A stretch of DNA of 49,432 nt, filler included, from Mitosporidium daphniae (lineage: Eukaryota), in assembly GCF_000760515.2 (NCBI RefSeq). It is 2 parts of 2 records of this genome, joined end to end, with 100 filler letters (N's around TTAATTAATTAA, not from the genome) between each part and the next. Parts side by side here need not be neighbours in the genome. Positions count along the whole stretch, not along the records: positions 25,288 to 49,432 come from NW_013546147.1; 1 more part is not named here. One strand, written 5' to 3'. Below, in pieces: positions 47,795-49,432 of the stretch (position 1 is the first letter of the stretch; every line of letters begins with the position of its first letter). Position numbers and translations under genes: made by a program. The notes beneath the pieces are model-generated. The model searched no databases and was not told where the DNA came from. It saw only the letters and a program-made list of their open reading frames with translations.

Positions 47795-49432
47795 ATGGAT
47801 CGCTTCATGGCCCCCCTGTTCGATTATGATAGTCATCGCAAAGGTCCCAGCACACCGGTGAGAAGATCTATTCGGATAGCGAAACAATTGCAATCTGGCG
47901 AGGAATTGGATTTGCTCTCAAAATTGGAGGAAGAGGATGGCGAGGGGCTACCTCCGAATCATCATGCCAAGCCAAAGGGATTGACTACGAAAAGCAGCCT
48001 TCGATGGCCGTTTTCATCTTACTCTGCGCCTGCAGATGAATCTTTCCCCGGAACACCAACAAGAGTGGCGACATTTCCGTTCTCCACTCAATCGCAGCCT
48101 GCTAGAGAACTCTCTATTAGAGCTTTGGATTTTGAAAATACCAATGTCATTTCGAAGGAAAAAGTAATGTCAAGTGCTACCGAACACAGACATGAAAACA
48201 ACAATGTATTTGAAAATTCTTCTTCATCGCTTTCTGATTCTTCATCTTTTTCAGAGAAATCCTCCTCCTCAGATAGCATGATTTTTTTGAAGACCCCGAA
48301 GGTCCCTTTCAATCTTTGGTTGAGGAGATCGTTTTCGCAGTTTTCTTCATATTTGGCTTGGCCTTACAATGTTTCGCTAAGATTTAAGCCACTGATGGTC
48401 CTTTTCATAATAGCGCTCATTTTGCTGCTATCGATTAGGCATTTGTATAAGGGAAGAAGCAGGATATCATACGATTTTCCTGTCGATTTGAATGGAATCA
48501 AATTTACAGAACACTTTGAAAAGCCAATAACACCACCGCAACCATCGTCATCATTTTCATCAGCATCCTCCTCCTTGACTTATAATGAGTTGCTTGCAAG
48601 GACTCAAGAATTAGAAAGGATAGTCACAGCCGTCGTTCAGCAGCAACATCAATTTACGGAAAGGTTTTTCCCACTTGCTGAAAACTACAAAGCCTCTTAT
48701 GATCAACTAGACAAAATACAATCCGAGTTTCTCACGGTCCAAGATAAATTTGAAGCCATGTCTTCAAAGCTTAATTTGCTTGATAGAGATATCGTAAGTC
48801 GCTCCGAGTTTGAGCTGAAGCTTTCCAGCTTGGTTTCTCAATTCAATGTAGCGCTTCTGAATACTTCACAAGCAACCTCTGAAATGTTTTCAGAGCTCAA
48901 GAGCCAAATACCAACGCAAGATATTCCCGATACAAATCGCCACCATCTTCGTGATCACAGCCACGAGCAGCCGGCCCAGCCCGATTATGCCTTGTATAGT
49001 TTAGGAGCGAAGCCATTATTTATCCACTCCTCAGATACGCTTCATGTGCTAAATAGCTTCATTAGTAGGCATTTTGGCGTTGGCGTGATTGGGAAGGCAC
49101 ATTTTTATGCACTGCTTCCTGGGGTTGTCCCAGGGAATTGCTGGTGCTTTAATGGAAATCGGGGAAATTTTTCTTTTTCCATTCCAAGGGCAATTGCTCC
49201 ATCCTCTTTTTCAATTGACCATCCATCCTCAGCTACGCTCGCCAATCGCTCTTCGGCCCCGCGAAAAATCGAATTGTGGGCCTCTTCTGATGTAGATCTT
49301 GAGAGTACTGATAACATCTTTGTTCGTCTTTTCAGAAAGATCTCCAGAGCTTCTTCAACAGATCCGTGGGATTCTTTCCTTGGTGCGTTTGAATACGACA
49401 TTGATGGGCTTTCTACGCAGACATTTGCCATT
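47795..49432 (+). CDS. SUN-domain (Sad1/UNC-84) inner nuclear membrane protein, 3' end beyond window (absent from ORF track)
   Basis: Frame open from ATG 47795: S/P-rich N-terminus, TM LMVLFIIALILLLSI, coiled coil, SUN domain PDYALYSLGA...PGNCWCF...FSIDHP...SSAPRKIELW...LGAFEYDIDG.STQTF. Confidence 0.9.
   Translation, partial: MDRFMAPLFDYDSHRKGPSTPVRRSIRIAKQLQSGEELDLLSKLEEEDGEGLPPNHHAKPKGLTTKSSLRWPFSSYSAPADESFPGTPTRVATFPFSTQSQPARELSIRALDFENTNVISKEKVMSSATEHRHENNNVFENSSSSLSDSSSFSEKSSSSDSMIFLKTPKVPFNLWLRRSFSQFSSYLAWPYNVSLRFKPLMVLFIIALILLLSIRHLYKGRSRISYDFPVDLNGIKFTEHFEKPITPPQPSSSFSSASSSLTYNELLARTQELERIVTAVVQQQHQFTERFFPLAENYKASYDQLDKIQSEFLTVQDKFEAMSSKLNLLDRDIVSRSEFELKLSSLVSQFNVALLNTSQATSEMFSELKSQIPTQDIPDTNRHHLRDHSHEQPAQPDYALYSLGAKPLFIHSSDTLHVLNSFISRHFGVGVIGKAHFYALLPGVVPGNCWCFNGNRGNFSFSIPRAIAPSSFSIDHPSSATLANRSSAPRKIELWASSDVDLESTDNIFVRLFRKISRASSTDPWDSFLGAFEYDIDGLSTQTFAI

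Overview
Extremely compact eukaryotic chromosomal DNA, not prokaryotic. There are about 37 protein-coding genes in 49.4 kb, interrupted by tiny GT-AG spliceosomal introns (mostly 21-36 nt), with intergenic spacers often under 80 nt (minimum 9 nt). The proteins are fungal/opisthokont-like. Mitochondrial genes (HADH, ETF-alpha, MRF1, TMEM242/Aim11) and a peroxisomal gene (PEX14) are retained, and AAATTT-type motifs sit just before many start codons. Together these suggest an early-diverging microsporidian relative (Rozellomycota, Mitosporidium/Paramicrosporidium-like); this taxonomy is inference only. A 100-nt N gap with a TTAATTAATTAA linker (25188-25287) joins two contigs. Most notable: (i) two adjacent unannotated tail-anchored genes ending in TM + short ...PPA/...PPV tails (KASH-like), one with an EF-hand-like/coiled-coil layout, about 12 kb from a SUN-domain gene, i.e. 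a candidate LINC complex; (ii) a truncated tandem paralog of the N-terminus of a probably mitochondria-targeted DDX21-like helicase; (iii) an intronless degenerate DUF3638-family helicase-like ORF at a contig end; (iv) a structured intergenic segment plus a 12-bp repeat downstream of the U1A/U2B'' gene. All gene models were spliced and recognised by eye; no database search was run.
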